Source: an uncultured Gammaproteobacteria bacterium
GTDB lineage: Bacteria > Pseudomonadota > Gammaproteobacteria > Burkholderiales > Burkholderiaceae_C
Length of the DNA stretch: 64,000 nt
Reading direction: 5' to 3'
Assembly: GCA_947085645.1 (NCBI GenBank)
Contig: CAMTXG010000020.1
Location: 79,443-143,442, forward strand
Below, in pieces: positions 1-9,428 of the stretch. A program made the position numbers and the translations under genes. Below the pieces are notes generated by a model. The model worked only from the letters and a program-made list of their open reading frames with translations. It was not told where the DNA came from and made no database searches. Numbering within the stretch: position 1 is the stretch's first letter; each line of letters starts with the position of its first letter.

Positions 1-130
1 TTCATGCTGCAACTCGACTTGGAACCCCTCTGCCCCGTGCCCCGTGCAGCACCGTCTGCCGGCTAGCCTGTCTGACTGCCAGCCCAGCCCAGCCCGCGCA
101 CTGCACGAAGCAGGTCGGGCCGGGGCAAGA

Positions 131-607
131 TCAGCGCCGCCGCTTCTTGGTGCGGCCGTGTGGTGTGGCCACTTTGGGCGCCAGCCCCAGCGCGGCGCGC
201 GCCAGTGCGTCGGCCGCTCCGTTGCGGTGGCGGGGCACCCACTGCAGGTCCACCTGTGCAAACTGCTGCAGCACGCAGCGCGTTTCGTCAAACAGCGGCG
301 CCAGTCGGGCGATGGGTGCCACTGCGGGTTCGCTCAATTGCTCCACCAGCACGCTGCTGTCGCTGACCACCTGCACGGTGGTCGCTGCCGCCACCACTTG
401 CTGCTGTTGTTCCAGCCACTGCAGTGCCCGCATCAGCGCGCGCAGCTCGGCTTCGTTGTTGCAGCCGGTGAAGGTGGTGACTTCGGAGATACGGTGATGC
501 ACATTGCCATCAGGCCCCACCAGCACGGCACCCAGACCCATGCGGCCGGGGTTGGGTACGGCGCTGCCGTCGCAGTAAATCAGCCAGTGGGCGGGTGCAG
601 CGACCAC
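131..607 (-). CDS. Ribonuclease HI-family protein
   Basis: RNase H-like motifs: YCDGSAVPNPG, NNEAELRAL, SDS, WVPRHRNGAADALA. Confidence 0.85.
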   Translation of the reverse strand: MVAAPAHWLIYCDGSAVPNPGRMGLGAVLVGPDGNVHHRISEVTTFTGCNNEAELRALMRALQWLEQQQQVVAAATTVQVVSDSSVLVEQLSEPAVAPIARLAPLFDETRCVLQQFAQVDLQWVPRHRNGAADALARAALGLAPKVATPHGRTKKRRR

Positions 608-610
608 GCG

Positions 611-871
611 TTATTTGTAAAACGCTTCGACCTTGCCCTTGAGCTTGATCATCAGCGGCTGGCCCTTGCGGTCCACCGTCTTGCCCGCTGGCACCTTCAC
701 CCAGCCTTCGCTGACGCAGTATTCCTCGACATCGGTGCGGTCCTTGCCGTTGAAGCGGATACCAATGTCGTGTTTGAAAATTTCAGCCACATGGTGCGGG
801 CTGCGGGGGTCCACCGACAGGTGATCGGGCAGGGGTGGTGGTGTGGTGGTGGTGGTGGTCGCGTCGGTCAT
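611..871 (-). CDS. DUF3297-family small protein
   Basis: 86 aa; LPDHLSVDPRSP...GIRFNGKDRTDVEEYCVSEGWVKV pattern recognised. Confidence 0.75.
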   Translation of the reverse strand: MTDATTTTTTPPPLPDHLSVDPRSPHHVAEIFKHDIGIRFNGKDRTDVEEYCVSEGWVKVPAGKTVDRKGQPLMIKLKGKVEAFYK

Positions 872-947
872 GCAAAGGGCTCTCTAAAACAGAAAACGGA
901 AAGCGCGGATTCTCCGGGATTTGCTCCCGCAGCACTCCTCCGTGCCC

Positions 948-1529
948 CTATCGCCCCAGCGGCGCCACACCCATAAGCCAGGCATGCGCCCAGAACGCAA
1001 AGCCCACCCAGGCCACAGTGCCCACCACCACGGCTGCAACGGTTCCTGCAGCAGTGCCCGGTGCATAAGCGGTGTTCAGCGCCCGGTCACGCTGGCGTGC
1101 AGCCCGAAAGCTCAGCACGGCCCACAACAAGAAGCTGCCAAACAACACCACGTCTGCCAGATTGCCGTTGGACAACAAATGCGCCAGTGCCCACACCTTC
1201 ACGCCCAGCACCATGGGGTGGTGCAGCCTGGCCTTGATGGCATTGCGCGGCACATAGGTGGCAGCCAGCAGCACAAACGCAATCAACGTCAGCAGCGCCG
1301 CAGCGTGTCGCATGCCGATGGGTGGCACCCACAACACCACCGGCTGCTGCCGCGCCAGGCCATAGCCCCAGATGATGAGCACCAGGCCCACGGCAGACAC
1401 CACCGAATACAGCCCCTTCCACGGCATCTCGCCCCAACGCGCCACGGTCTGCGTGCGCCAGCCATCGGCCACGATGCGCACCGAATGCACGCCTAGAAAC
1501 AGCACCAATCCAAGAACGAGAAACAACAT
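948..1529 (-). CDS. NnrU-family membrane protein
   Basis: LFLGVHSVRI, HHPMVLGVKVWALAHLLSNG motifs; start moved to ATG 1529 after a GAAAGG RBS. Confidence 0.85.
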   Translation of the reverse strand: MLFLVLGLVLFLGVHSVRIVADGWRTQTVARWGEMPWKGLYSVVSAVGLVLIIWGYGLARQQPVVLWVPPIGMRHAAALLTLIAFVLLAATYVPRNAIKARLHHPMVLGVKVWALAHLLSNGNLADVVLFGSFLLWAVLSFRAARQRDRALNTAYAPGTAAGTVAAVVVGTVAWVGFAFWAHAWLMGVAPLGR

Positions 1530-1637
1530 GGCAAAGCCTTTCATCGGGGGTCGTGATGTGCGTATTGTTTTGGCAGCTGCTCGGCGAGTTTCCCGCACAG
1601 TGCCAGCCGCAAGTATGCCGGGATTCTGCAGAAAATA

Positions 1638-1697
1638 TGAGTCAAAAGTGCCTCTAGCGCTTGTCCATAAAGCGTTAGCAGCTATTTTTTTGGTAGT
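1638..1697. repeat. AT-rich palindromic repeat family A, copy 1
   Basis: gagtcaaaagtgcctctagcgcttgtccataaagcgttagcagctatttttt. Confidence 0.85.
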
Positions 1698-1736
1698 AAC
1701 CGGCGCATCCAGTCAGAGATCAGCAGCGCAGTGCTC

Positions 1737-2360
1737 TCACACCACCGCATGCTGCGCCAGCAGCGCCCCCACCTTGGGCTTGGCGCAGCGCTGCAGCGTT
1801 TGCAGCAGCGCATAGCTGGGCTCGGCCACACGCCAGTGCGTGCGCAGGTCGTGCTGCATGCGCGCCAGCAGCGCAGCGGCCATCTCCGCATCGGCCAGCG
1901 CCCGGTGGGCCTGCCCCGTGCGCGGCAGGCCGTGGTAGTCCACCAGCGTGCCCAGCTTGTGGCTGGGCGCCTGCGGGTACAGGCGGCGCGACAGCAGCAC
2001 CGTGCAGGCAAACGGGTGGGGCGCGGGCAGGTCCGCCTGCGCCAGCTCGGCCTGCCAGAACTTGCTGTCGAACGATGCGTTGTGCGCCACCATGGGCGCG
2101 TCGCCCACAAAACGCGCGGCGTCCTGCATCACCCTCGCTGCATCGGGCGCCGCGTTCACCATCGCATTGGTGATGCCGGTGAGCTGGGTGATGAACGACG
2201 GAATCCACACCCCGGTTTTCATCAGGCTCTGGAACCGGTCCACCACCCGCCCTTTTTCCAGCAGCACGATGGCCACCTCGGTCGCACGCGCGCCCTGGCC
2301 GGGCGATATGCCGGTGGTTTCAAAGTCGATGACGGCGATGGGGGGCATGGGGTGTTGCAC
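1737..2360 (-). CDS. DEDDh 3'-5' exonuclease (DnaQ/epsilon-like)
   Basis: VIDFETTG, HNASFD, HRALADA motifs. Confidence 0.9.
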   Translation of the reverse strand: MQHPMPPIAVIDFETTGISPGQGARATEVAIVLLEKGRVVDRFQSLMKTGVWIPSFITQLTGITNAMVNAAPDAARVMQDAARFVGDAPMVAHNASFDSKFWQAELAQADLPAPHPFACTVLLSRRLYPQAPSHKLGTLVDYHGLPRTGQAHRALADAEMAAALLARMQHDLRTHWRVAEPSYALLQTLQRCAKPKVGALLAQHAVV

Positions 2361-2436
2361 TGCAGTTCAGAACGCCGGAACAGCGCTCACGCCGCGAGAT
2401 TGTGACGCCCCGCGAGGCACCCTCTGCTGCGAACTG

Positions 2437-3699
2437 TCATTGCGGGCGTGGTCGAGCATGCCCCACAAAAAACCGCAGCATCTCCTGCGTAGCGTTTACG
2501 CCGCGCGGGTCGGTGTGGCTGCCGCCCGCGTGCCCGCCTGCCCACGCATGCCCGGCACCCTGCAGCACCCAGTGCTCGGCCACGACCTGGCTGGGCGATG
2601 CCTTGTCGGCCGGGGCTCCGCCGACCACTGAATACACCGTGCGCGTGTAGCCTTGCCCGTGGGGTGACTGGCCCGTGTGCACCGTCTCGACGGTGGCGTG
2701 CCCCCCGCCCGGCGTGGTGGCCAGGGCCGACAGCGTGGCCTGGATGAGCTGCTCGCCGTTGTGCGCGTGCACGGTGGTGTCGGCGTCGCCGTGGAACACG
2801 ATCATCGGCGGGGGTGGCAGCGCCTGTGCGTCAGCTGCGTGGCGGGCAGCAGCGCCCGGCTTGGCCCCTGTTTTCATCGCCGACAACGCCCCCATCACGT
2901 TGTGCGCCGCACCGGCCTTCAAGCCAGAGTGCACGCCCACAGCAGCAAACACGTCGGGGTATTCACGCCCCAGCAAGGCGGCCATGGCGCCGCCGGCCGA
3001 CAGGCCCGCCACGTACACGCGCTGCCCATCCACCGGGTGGCGCGCCATCACGTCGTGCAGCATGGCCACCAGCAGCGCGGGCTCGCCGCTGCCGCGGTGC
3101 TGGTCGCCGGGGCGAAACCAGTTCCAGCAGCCGTTGGGGTTGGCGCTGTGGGGTTGCTCGGGGTACAGCACCAGCGCGTTGGCGGGCGCGGCGGCCGCGT
3201 TCATGCCGGTGCCGGTGGCAAAGTCCACCGGGTTTTGTGTGCAGCCGTGCAGCATCAGCACCAGGGGCATGGGGGTGTTGGCCGTGGCGCCCGGGGGCAC
3301 GTACAGGTGGTAGTGGTGCGGGTTGTGCTTTGCGCCGGGGTGGGTGATCGCCACGCGGGTAAAGCTGCCGGGTGGTTCTGCCAAGGGGTTGGCTGTGGCA
3401 GAGCGTGGCGCAGGCCGGTTGCTGCGGTCAACAACCACCGCGTCTTCCACATCGGCCGGTGTACTGGCGCTGCGCCACAGTGAGGCGTGGCCCGCTGCGG
3501 GCTGTCTCGTAAAAGCCGGGGCCAGTGGGGCGACGGCTGTGTGGGCCGGTGCGGCAGAACTGCCGGTGTTGTTGCTGTGGCGCGCCACGGCCCCACCCAG
3601 GGTTTGTTGAATGACCCGCGTCGCGTCGGCCAGCTGGCCGTTGCGCACCAACTGGGTGGCTTCACCCATCAGGTGCTTGAGGTTGGTATTCCAGTCCAT
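2437..3699 (-). CDS. PHB-depolymerase/LpqC-family esterase
   Basis: VLMLHGCTQ, GLSAGG (GxSxG), HGDAD, GAGHAWAGG; AAGGAG RBS before ATG 3699 (alternative coupled start at 3762). Confidence 0.85.
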   Translation of the reverse strand: MDWNTNLKHLMGEATQLVRNGQLADATRVIQQTLGGAVARHSNNTGSSAAPAHTAVAPLAPAFTRQPAAGHASLWRSASTPADVEDAVVVDRSNRPAPRSATANPLAEPPGSFTRVAITHPGAKHNPHHYHLYVPPGATANTPMPLVLMLHGCTQNPVDFATGTGMNAAAAPANALVLYPEQPHSANPNGCWNWFRPGDQHRGSGEPALLVAMLHDVMARHPVDGQRVYVAGLSAGGAMAALLGREYPDVFAAVGVHSGLKAGAAHNVMGALSAMKTGAKPGAAARHAADAQALPPPPMIVFHGDADTTVHAHNGEQLIQATLSALATTPGGGHATVETVHTGQSPHGQGYTRTVYSVVGGAPADKASPSQVVAEHWVLQGAGHAWAGGHAGGSHTDPRGVNATQEMLRFFVGHARPRPQ

Positions 3700-3758
3700 G
3701 GGGACTCCTTGTGTGAATGCGCGCACGGGTGGCACGCGGCGGTCCAGGTCGGCCGTGT

Positions 3759-4181
3759 TCATTGAATGCGCCCCGCCAGCGCTGCCTTGACCTCAGCACT
3801 GGCATGGAACGCGCCCAGCACCGTCACCGAGGCAATGGCGGCCTGTGCCAGTGCGGGCGGCACGTCGGTGTCGATGCTGGCCAGGCCCAGCACGCGGATC
3901 TCCAGCGCCTGGCCTGCCGCCTGCACGGCCTCCAGCTCGGCCCGGCCAAAGCGCTGCAGCCCCAGCACAAGCATCTTGCGGGCCACCACTTGGCGCACGG
4001 CCTCGTTCTGGGCGGTTAGCTGGTTGCGAATGGCGGTGCGGATGAAATCCGTGCGGTTGGCATAAAAGCCTTCGGACACCAGCAGGTCGATGTGCCCCAG
4101 GTCGACAAAACCCAGGTTGATGGTGACCTTTTCAGACTCTGGCACCTTGCCGCGGGGGGCAATGGGGACGATGTTGCTCAT
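3759..4181 (-). CDS. CopG/ribbon-helix-helix transcriptional regulator
   Basis: SEKVTINLGFVDLGHIDLLVSEGFYANRTDFIRTAIRNQL RHH-like N-terminus; directly upstream of the esterase. Confidence 0.8.
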   Translation of the reverse strand: MSNIVPIAPRGKVPESEKVTINLGFVDLGHIDLLVSEGFYANRTDFIRTAIRNQLTAQNEAVRQVVARKMLVLGLQRFGRAELEAVQAAGQALEIRVLGLASIDTDVPPALAQAAIASVTVLGAFHASAEVKAALAGRIQ

Positions 4182-4267
4182 CAGCAAAACTCCAAAAAAC
4201 ATCCGTGTAGATGGTGTGTGGATGGCAATTGGATGCCGTTCAGCGGGGTTTCAAGTGCGGTGGGTAA

Positions 4268-4293
4268 AGAAAAAGGAGCCCTCGGGCTCCTTT
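4268..4293 (-). terminator. Intrinsic terminator after the general-stress gene
   Basis: aaaggagcc-ctcg-ggctccttt hairpin, followed by a U-tract on the minus strand. Confidence 0.7.
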
Positions 4294-4305
4294 ACAAATG
4301 CATTC

Positions 4306-4368
4306 GCTATGAAATTTGTAGCTGTTAGCGCTTTATGGATAAGCGCTAAAGCCCCTTTTTGCTTGAAA
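4306..4368. repeat. Repeat family A, copy 2
   Basis: gctatgaaatttgtagctgttagcgctttatggataagcgctaaagcccctttt. Confidence 0.85.
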
Positions 4369-4421
4369 TTTACCGCGCTGGCAGTTTCACACTTGAGTGG
4401 CGCCCGCTGCTCCGGCTGGGA

Positions 4422-4925
4422 TTACGACAACGTCAACTCTTTGTGCTCACCCAGATCGCGCGGCTGCTCGCCCTTGATGGCGGCCTTGGCCATCTTGAAG
4501 ATCTGCACCATCTTGCTTTCGTCCACATCCCAGTACTCGGCATGGCGAACGCGCACCACCAACAGGGCCAGATCAGGGTCGGACACGCCGCCAGGGAACC
4601 ATGCCTTGGCCATGGGCGACCACAAGGCTTCCTTCTGAGCGCGGTCGTCCGTAAAGCGTGCCTGGCCCGACATGGATACATAGCTGTCGTCGTCGGGGTT
4701 GGAGTACGAGACGTTCACTTCCCCGTCGGTCAGCAGTCGCTCGTACAGTTCGCCCGACTTGGGGATGAAGAAGTACAGCTCGCTCTGTTCGTCAAACTTG
4801 CGGTTTTGGGTGGTGAGCGGATGCGCATGCAGCATGCCTGTGGACGTGCGGTGCGTCAGCATGCCAAAGCGGATGTCCTTGATGAGTTTCCACAAGGTTT
4901 CGTGGGCGGCGGTGTCGTGTTGCAT
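4422..4925 (-). CDS. Pyridoxamine 5'-phosphate oxidase-like / general stress protein 26 family
   Basis: LWKLIKDIRFGMLT...WSPMAKAWFPGGVSDPDLALL...AEYWD pattern. Confidence 0.85.
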   Translation of the reverse strand: MQHDTAAHETLWKLIKDIRFGMLTHRTSTGMLHAHPLTTQNRKFDEQSELYFFIPKSGELYERLLTDGEVNVSYSNPDDDSYVSMSGQARFTDDRAQKEALWSPMAKAWFPGGVSDPDLALLVVRVRHAEYWDVDESKMVQIFKMAKAAIKGEQPRDLGEHKELTLS

Positions 4926-5135
4926 GGGGGTGGTCTCCAGCGGGTCAGAGGTCGGTGAGCGAAGTGCAGTAAGCGTGGGGGCCTCCAGCTCGTTACCCAC
5001 TGGTGATAACGAAGCAAAAGATTTGAGTCCACTGTAGGCGTCGCTACACGCTGGGGGCGTCGGCTTGGGGCGCTGATGAATGTGGGCGTTTGTCCGACAG
5101 GACGGTCGCTATACGCAAGACTTCACGCGCAGGAC

Positions 5136-5477
5136 TCAAGCGTCTGAAAGTGATCGAAGCAGCGCGGCTTCGAGCCCGGGCAAGTCGTCTGTGATGGTCT
5201 TGAAGAGAATTTCGTGCGCCACTTGCTCGTACCCATGGGCAAGGATGTTGCGCAGGCCGATGATTCGGCGCCATGGAATGTCAGGCATCTGCTGCGCGCG
5301 GGAGGCGTCCACGCGGTACGCGGCCTCGCCCAGATTGATGAACAACTTCTCCACCGCAAGGCATAGCACACGGTGCTTCGCAAACTCTGCTGCGCTCAAT
5401 GGCGCCACCAAGGCGCGCAGTTCTTGTACAAACTGCAGCATGTCTGCCAAGTGCGCGGGGGCGCGGTCCAGCGTCAC
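5136..5477 (-). CDS. HepT-like (DUF86/HEPN) ribonuclease toxin
   Basis: WRRIIGLRNILAHGYE contains the HEPN R-x4-H motif; overlaps the MNT gene by 4 nt. Confidence 0.9.
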   Translation of the reverse strand: MTLDRAPAHLADMLQFVQELRALVAPLSAAEFAKHRVLCLAVEKLFINLGEAAYRVDASRAQQMPDIPWRRIIGLRNILAHGYEQVAHEILFKTITDDLPGLEAALLRSLSDA

Positions 5478-5773
5478 TGGAACAGGGGGCGCAGCTGCGG
5501 CTCGATGGCGCGGCGCCGGTAAGGGTTGTTGAGAACGGACGGGAACGCCAGATCAATCTTGCGACCGTCAAACGCCGCCGACAACTCATCTTGCATGTCC
5601 ACCAAGGCAAAGCCACTGGGCGCTTCGCCGGGAATGAATTCCACCAGCAGGTCCACATCGCTGTCGGGCCCCTCCTGGTCCACCGCTGCAGACCCAAACA
5701 TCTGCAGCCGCCGCACGCGGTAGCGCGTGCAGATGTCTGCAATGTGGGACTGAAGGGTGGGGCTGATCTGCAT
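5474..5773 (-). CDS. Minimal nucleotidyltransferase (MNT) antitoxin
   Basis: FGSAAVDQEGPDSDVDLLVEF (GS...DxD); upstream of the HEPN gene. Confidence 0.9.
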   Translation of the reverse strand: MQISPTLQSHIADICTRYRVRRLQMFGSAAVDQEGPDSDVDLLVEFIPGEAPSGFALVDMQDELSAAFDGRKIDLAFPSVLNNPYRRRAIEPQLRPLFQ

Positions 5774-5820
5774 GGGCGGAATTATGAGGGAGTGCCCGGC
5801 GCGGCACCATGCCAGTGCCA

Positions 5821-5894
5821 CCGTGGAGCGGGCTTTGCCCGGCCACGGGTGGCGTCCCCCTGCGGGGGAAGGCGCCGCAGGCGACTCAGGGGGG
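5821..5894. repeat. GC-rich palindromic REP-like element (family B)
   Basis: ccgtggagcgggctttgcccggccacgg...tccccctgcgggggaa...tcagggggg; resembles 39621-39753. Confidence 0.65.
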
Positions 5895-5898
5895 CGTT

Positions 5899-8076
5899 CT
5901 ACAGCGGCGCGCGTTGCTCCAGCGCAAAAGGCGGCAGCCCTTTGAGCAGGCGCTGGCCGTAGCTGGTGCGCGTCAGGCGCTTGTCATAGCAATAGACATG
6001 CGCCATGTCTTCTTCGGTGCGGATGGCGCGGCCCACCCATTGCGCCAGGCGGATGGCGGTGGCGGGCACCACCAGCTCGCTGAAGGGGTCGCGCCCCACG
6101 GCGCGCAGCCACTCGGCGCGGGCTTCACCCACCGGGTCGTCGGGCGGGGCAAAGGGCAGCTTGGTGATGAAGACCGATTCGCACAGCCGCCCGGGCAGGT
6201 CCAGCCCCTCGCCAAACGACTGCATGCCGAAGATGACCGAGGGCTCGCCACCCTCCACCCGTTCGCGGTGGCGCTTGAGCAGCTGCGTGCGCGGCAGCGC
6301 GTTTTGCACCAGCACCACGCTGCGCATGGCGGTGGGCAATGCGTCCACCGCCTGCCGCATCTGCTCGCGCGAGGTGAACAGCACCAGCGCACCGTATTCC
6401 ACGCGGGCAATGTCGTGCAGCAGCGCATCGACCATCTCGGTGGTGAACTCGGCGGCGTTCTTGGGGTCGGCGCGGGTCTCGGCGGCAATCAGCGTGCCCT
6501 GCGCGGCGTAGTTGAAGGGGCTGGCCACCTCCAGCGTGGTGGCGGCGTCGTCGCCATGCAAACCTGCTTCGCGCAGAAAAAATTCAAAATTGCCGCAGCT
6601 GGTGAGCGTGGCCGACGTGAGCACCGCGCCGCGCACCGCGCTCCACAAGTGGTTGCGCAGCGTGGTGCCGGGCAAGATGGGGCTGGCGTGCGCCTTGACC
6701 ACAATGAAGTCCCCATCCACCTCCAACGTGAACCACTTGGCGGCGGGCACAAAGCTGCGGTCGGCGCCCTGGGGCGCATCCTGCAGCAGCAGTTGTGCGG
6801 TGGCGTGCAGCTCTTCAAGCCGGGGCGCCAACATGCCGATTTGCGCGTACAGCGTGGACAAGCGTTTGGCCTCGTCGGGCTTGTCACGCATTTCGGCACG
6901 CAGGGCTTTGCTGATGGCGCGCAGCGCTTCGAGGAACCCATCGGCGCTGGCCGCCAGCAGCCCGAGTGGTGCAATCAACTGCTCGGGCAATTCGCCACGT
7001 GGCACGCGCACGCGGGCCGGGCCCCAGGTGTCGCGCTGGCTTTTGAGCGTGTCGCCATACACCTCCATCACGATGCGCGCCAGGTCCTGCAGCGTCTGCC
7101 GCAGCTGGGCCGCGTGGCGCGGAATGTCGGCAATCTCTTCGACCTCCAGCAGCGCACCAATGCGCAGGCCCCGGCTGGAAAGCCGCTCGATCCAGGTGAT
7201 GCGCGACAGGTCCATGCTGCACGCAAACTGCTGCAGCGCCGTGGCGGGCAGGTGGTGCGCCTCGTCCAGGATCAGCAGGCAGTTGTCCAGCTCGGGCAGC
7301 ACGCGCGCGCCCAGCGACGACAGCAGCAAGTCATGGTTGGCCACAATGACTTGCGCACCCACCAGCTCCTTGCGCTTGTCGTAGTACGTGCATTGGCTGA
7401 ACGCCGGGCAGTGCTTGCCGGTGCACGATGCGCCCTCGGCCGCCACAGGGCTCCACACCTCGGGCTCGGGCGGTGTGTCCAGGCTGTCACGGTCTCCGTC
7501 CCACGCGCCTTTTGAAAGCGTCTGCGCCATCGTCGAATAAAACTGTATGCGTGCCTCGGTCTCATGCCGGGGGCGCTTGGCGCGGGCGGCGGCTTCTTCG
7601 TCGGCAAACAGATCGTCGTCGCCCTCTTCTTCCGCCTCGCCCGTGCCCGCCAGCCGGTCGAGCTTGAGCTTGCACACATAGCGCCCGCGCCCCTTGGCCA
7701 GCGCAAATTTGAAGGGCTGCGGCATCAGCGCCAACAGTGCGGGCAGGTCCTTGTTGACCAGCTGCTCTTGCAACGCCACGGTGGCGGTAGAGATCAGCAC
7801 CCGCGTGCCGCGCGACAGCGCCAGCGCAATGGCCGGTGCGCAGTACGCCAGCGACTTGCCCACCCCCGTGCCCGCCTGGATGACCGCAATGGACCGCGTG
7901 GGCGCGGCTTCTTCACCGTCCTCTGCATCCACCTTGCCCAGCGTCGCCGTGCTGAACGTGCGCGCCACTTGCTCGGCCATCAGCCGCTGCCCGGCGCGGC
8001 TGCGAAAACCGGGGGTGGCAGCCACCACCGCATCGAACGACTGCAGGGCCGCTTGGGCCCACTCATTGGAAGACAT
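5899..8076 (-). CDS. dinG: ATP-dependent DNA helicase DinG
   Basis: QAGTGVGKS Walker A, LAKGRGRYVC, DEAHH, FGEGLDLPG, QWVGRAIR; Fe-S cysteines. Confidence 0.92.
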   Translation of the reverse strand: MSSNEWAQAALQSFDAVVAATPGFRSRAGQRLMAEQVARTFSTATLGKVDAEDGEEAAPTRSIAVIQAGTGVGKSLAYCAPAIALALSRGTRVLISTATVALQEQLVNKDLPALLALMPQPFKFALAKGRGRYVCKLKLDRLAGTGEAEEEGDDDLFADEEAAARAKRPRHETEARIQFYSTMAQTLSKGAWDGDRDSLDTPPEPEVWSPVAAEGASCTGKHCPAFSQCTYYDKRKELVGAQVIVANHDLLLSSLGARVLPELDNCLLILDEAHHLPATALQQFACSMDLSRITWIERLSSRGLRIGALLEVEEIADIPRHAAQLRQTLQDLARIVMEVYGDTLKSQRDTWGPARVRVPRGELPEQLIAPLGLLAASADGFLEALRAISKALRAEMRDKPDEAKRLSTLYAQIGMLAPRLEELHATAQLLLQDAPQGADRSFVPAAKWFTLEVDGDFIVVKAHASPILPGTTLRNHLWSAVRGAVLTSATLTSCGNFEFFLREAGLHGDDAATTLEVASPFNYAAQGTLIAAETRADPKNAAEFTTEMVDALLHDIARVEYGALVLFTSREQMRQAVDALPTAMRSVVLVQNALPRTQLLKRHRERVEGGEPSVIFGMQSFGEGLDLPGRLCESVFITKLPFAPPDDPVGEARAEWLRAVGRDPFSELVVPATAIRLAQWVGRAIRTEEDMAHVYCYDKRLTRTSYGQRLLKGLPPFALEQRAPL

Positions 8077-8115
8077 AGGAGGAGTGTGTCACGGATGGTG
8101 GCCTGACTTTTTGTG

Positions 8116-8171
8116 TGAAAAGTGGGCCTGGCGCTTCATGGAAAAGCGTGAGCAGCTATCTATAAAGTAGC
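8116..8171. repeat. Repeat family A, copy 3
   Basis: aaaagtgggcctggcgcttcatggaaaagcgtgagcagctatctataaagtagc. Confidence 0.7.
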
Positions 8172-8264
8172 GAATGAATGTTGATGTTGCTCGATCGAAC
8201 GGTGGCGGCTATGCTCAAGAATAACTGATTTTTTATACAGCCTTTTCTTGCACATGATGGTGGA

Positions 8265-9173
8265 ATGCCCATGAAAATCCTGCCCACTGAATTCGACGGC
8301 CAAGCCATCCGCCGCGTGTACGACGAAAGCACCGAGACCTGGTGGTTCTCGGTGATTGATGTGGTGCAGGTGTTGACGCAACAGCCCGACGACCTGACCG
8401 CTCGCAAATACTGGAATCAGCTCAAGCGCCGGCTTGGCAATGAAGGCAGTCAACTGGTGACAGCTTGTCACCAGTTGAAAATGCCCGCTGCCGATGGAAA
8501 ACAGCGCCTCACCGACGTTGCCACCGCCGAAACCTTGCTGCGCTTGGTGCAGTCCGTCCCCAGCCCCAAGGCAGAGCCCATCAAGCTCTGGCTGGCCAAG
8601 GTGGGTTACGAGCGGATGCAGGAGCTGGCCGACCCGGCTTTGTCGCTGGACCGCGCCCGCCAGACCTGGCAGCAGCATGGCCGCAGCGACAAGTGGATTC
8701 AGCAGCGCATGACGGGGCAGGAAACCCGCAACAAGCTCACCGACTATTGGAGCGAGCACGACATCAAGGCGGGCAGCGAGTTCGCCATCCTCACCAACAT
8801 CATTCACCAAGAATGGGCGGGCCTGAGCGTGTCGCAGCACAAGGAATTAAAGGGCCTGGCCAGCCACAACCTGCGCGACCACATGAGCGAGGCCGAGCTG
8901 ATCTTTACCGCCCTGGCCGAGCTATCGACCCGCCAGATTGCCGAGAGCGTGCAGGCCACCGGCATGGCTGAGAACAAGACCGCCGCAACCACCGGGGGCC
9001 GCATCGCGCGCCAGGCCCGCAACCAGCTGGAGAGCCAAACCGGCAAGTCTGTGGTGACCGGGGCCAACTACCTACCGCCCGATGTGCCTAAGGTGCCGAA
9101 GTTGCCCAAGGCAGCGAAGGCAGTCAAGACCGCGAAACCGACGCAGGTCAACAAGCCGTCCAAGAATGCGTAG
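8265..9173 (+). CDS. BRO-N (antirepressor-like) domain DNA-binding protein
   Basis: IRRVYDE...WWFSVIDVVQVL...RKYWNQLKRRL...QSVPSPKAEPIKLWLAKVGYER; C-terminal LRDHMSEAELIFTALAE. Confidence 0.85.
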   Translation: MPMKILPTEFDGQAIRRVYDESTETWWFSVIDVVQVLTQQPDDLTARKYWNQLKRRLGNEGSQLVTACHQLKMPAADGKQRLTDVATAETLLRLVQSVPSPKAEPIKLWLAKVGYERMQELADPALSLDRARQTWQQHGRSDKWIQQRMTGQETRNKLTDYWSEHDIKAGSEFAILTNIIHQEWAGLSVSQHKELKGLASHNLRDHMSEAELIFTALAELSTRQIAESVQATGMAENKTAATTGGRIARQARNQLESQTGKSVVTGANYLPPDVPKVPKLPKAAKAVKTAKPTQVNKPSKNA

Positions 9174-9428
9174 GGCACAGCGCAACTTCACTCACACCCT
9201 CTCACCAGGAGCCGCCCGTCGTTGATGACGCAATTGCCCCACCGCTGGGGTCAGCGTCAGAGCAAGCAGCCTTGCGCTGCAAGGCCTGCTCACTGAGACA
9301 CCGTTGCCAGCCCCTTGCCACCGACACCCAGCGTTCGCTGGTGCGAGCTGTGCTTGATGGCCGATCAGCGGGCTGGCCCTCAAGGCAGCCGTGCAAGAAA
9401 ATCCCCGCACAGCTACAGGAGAGCAAAG

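Noticed and set aside
835-862. (gtg)n microsatellite
   Set aside because: It encodes the poly-Thr/Pro N-terminus of the DUF3297 protein, and a change in triplet number would not shift the frame.
5136-8076. dinG plus HEPN as a type IV CRISPR-like or multi-gene defence system
   Set aside because: There is no CRISPR array or csf/cas gene, and the helicase looks like ordinary full-length chromosomal DinG.
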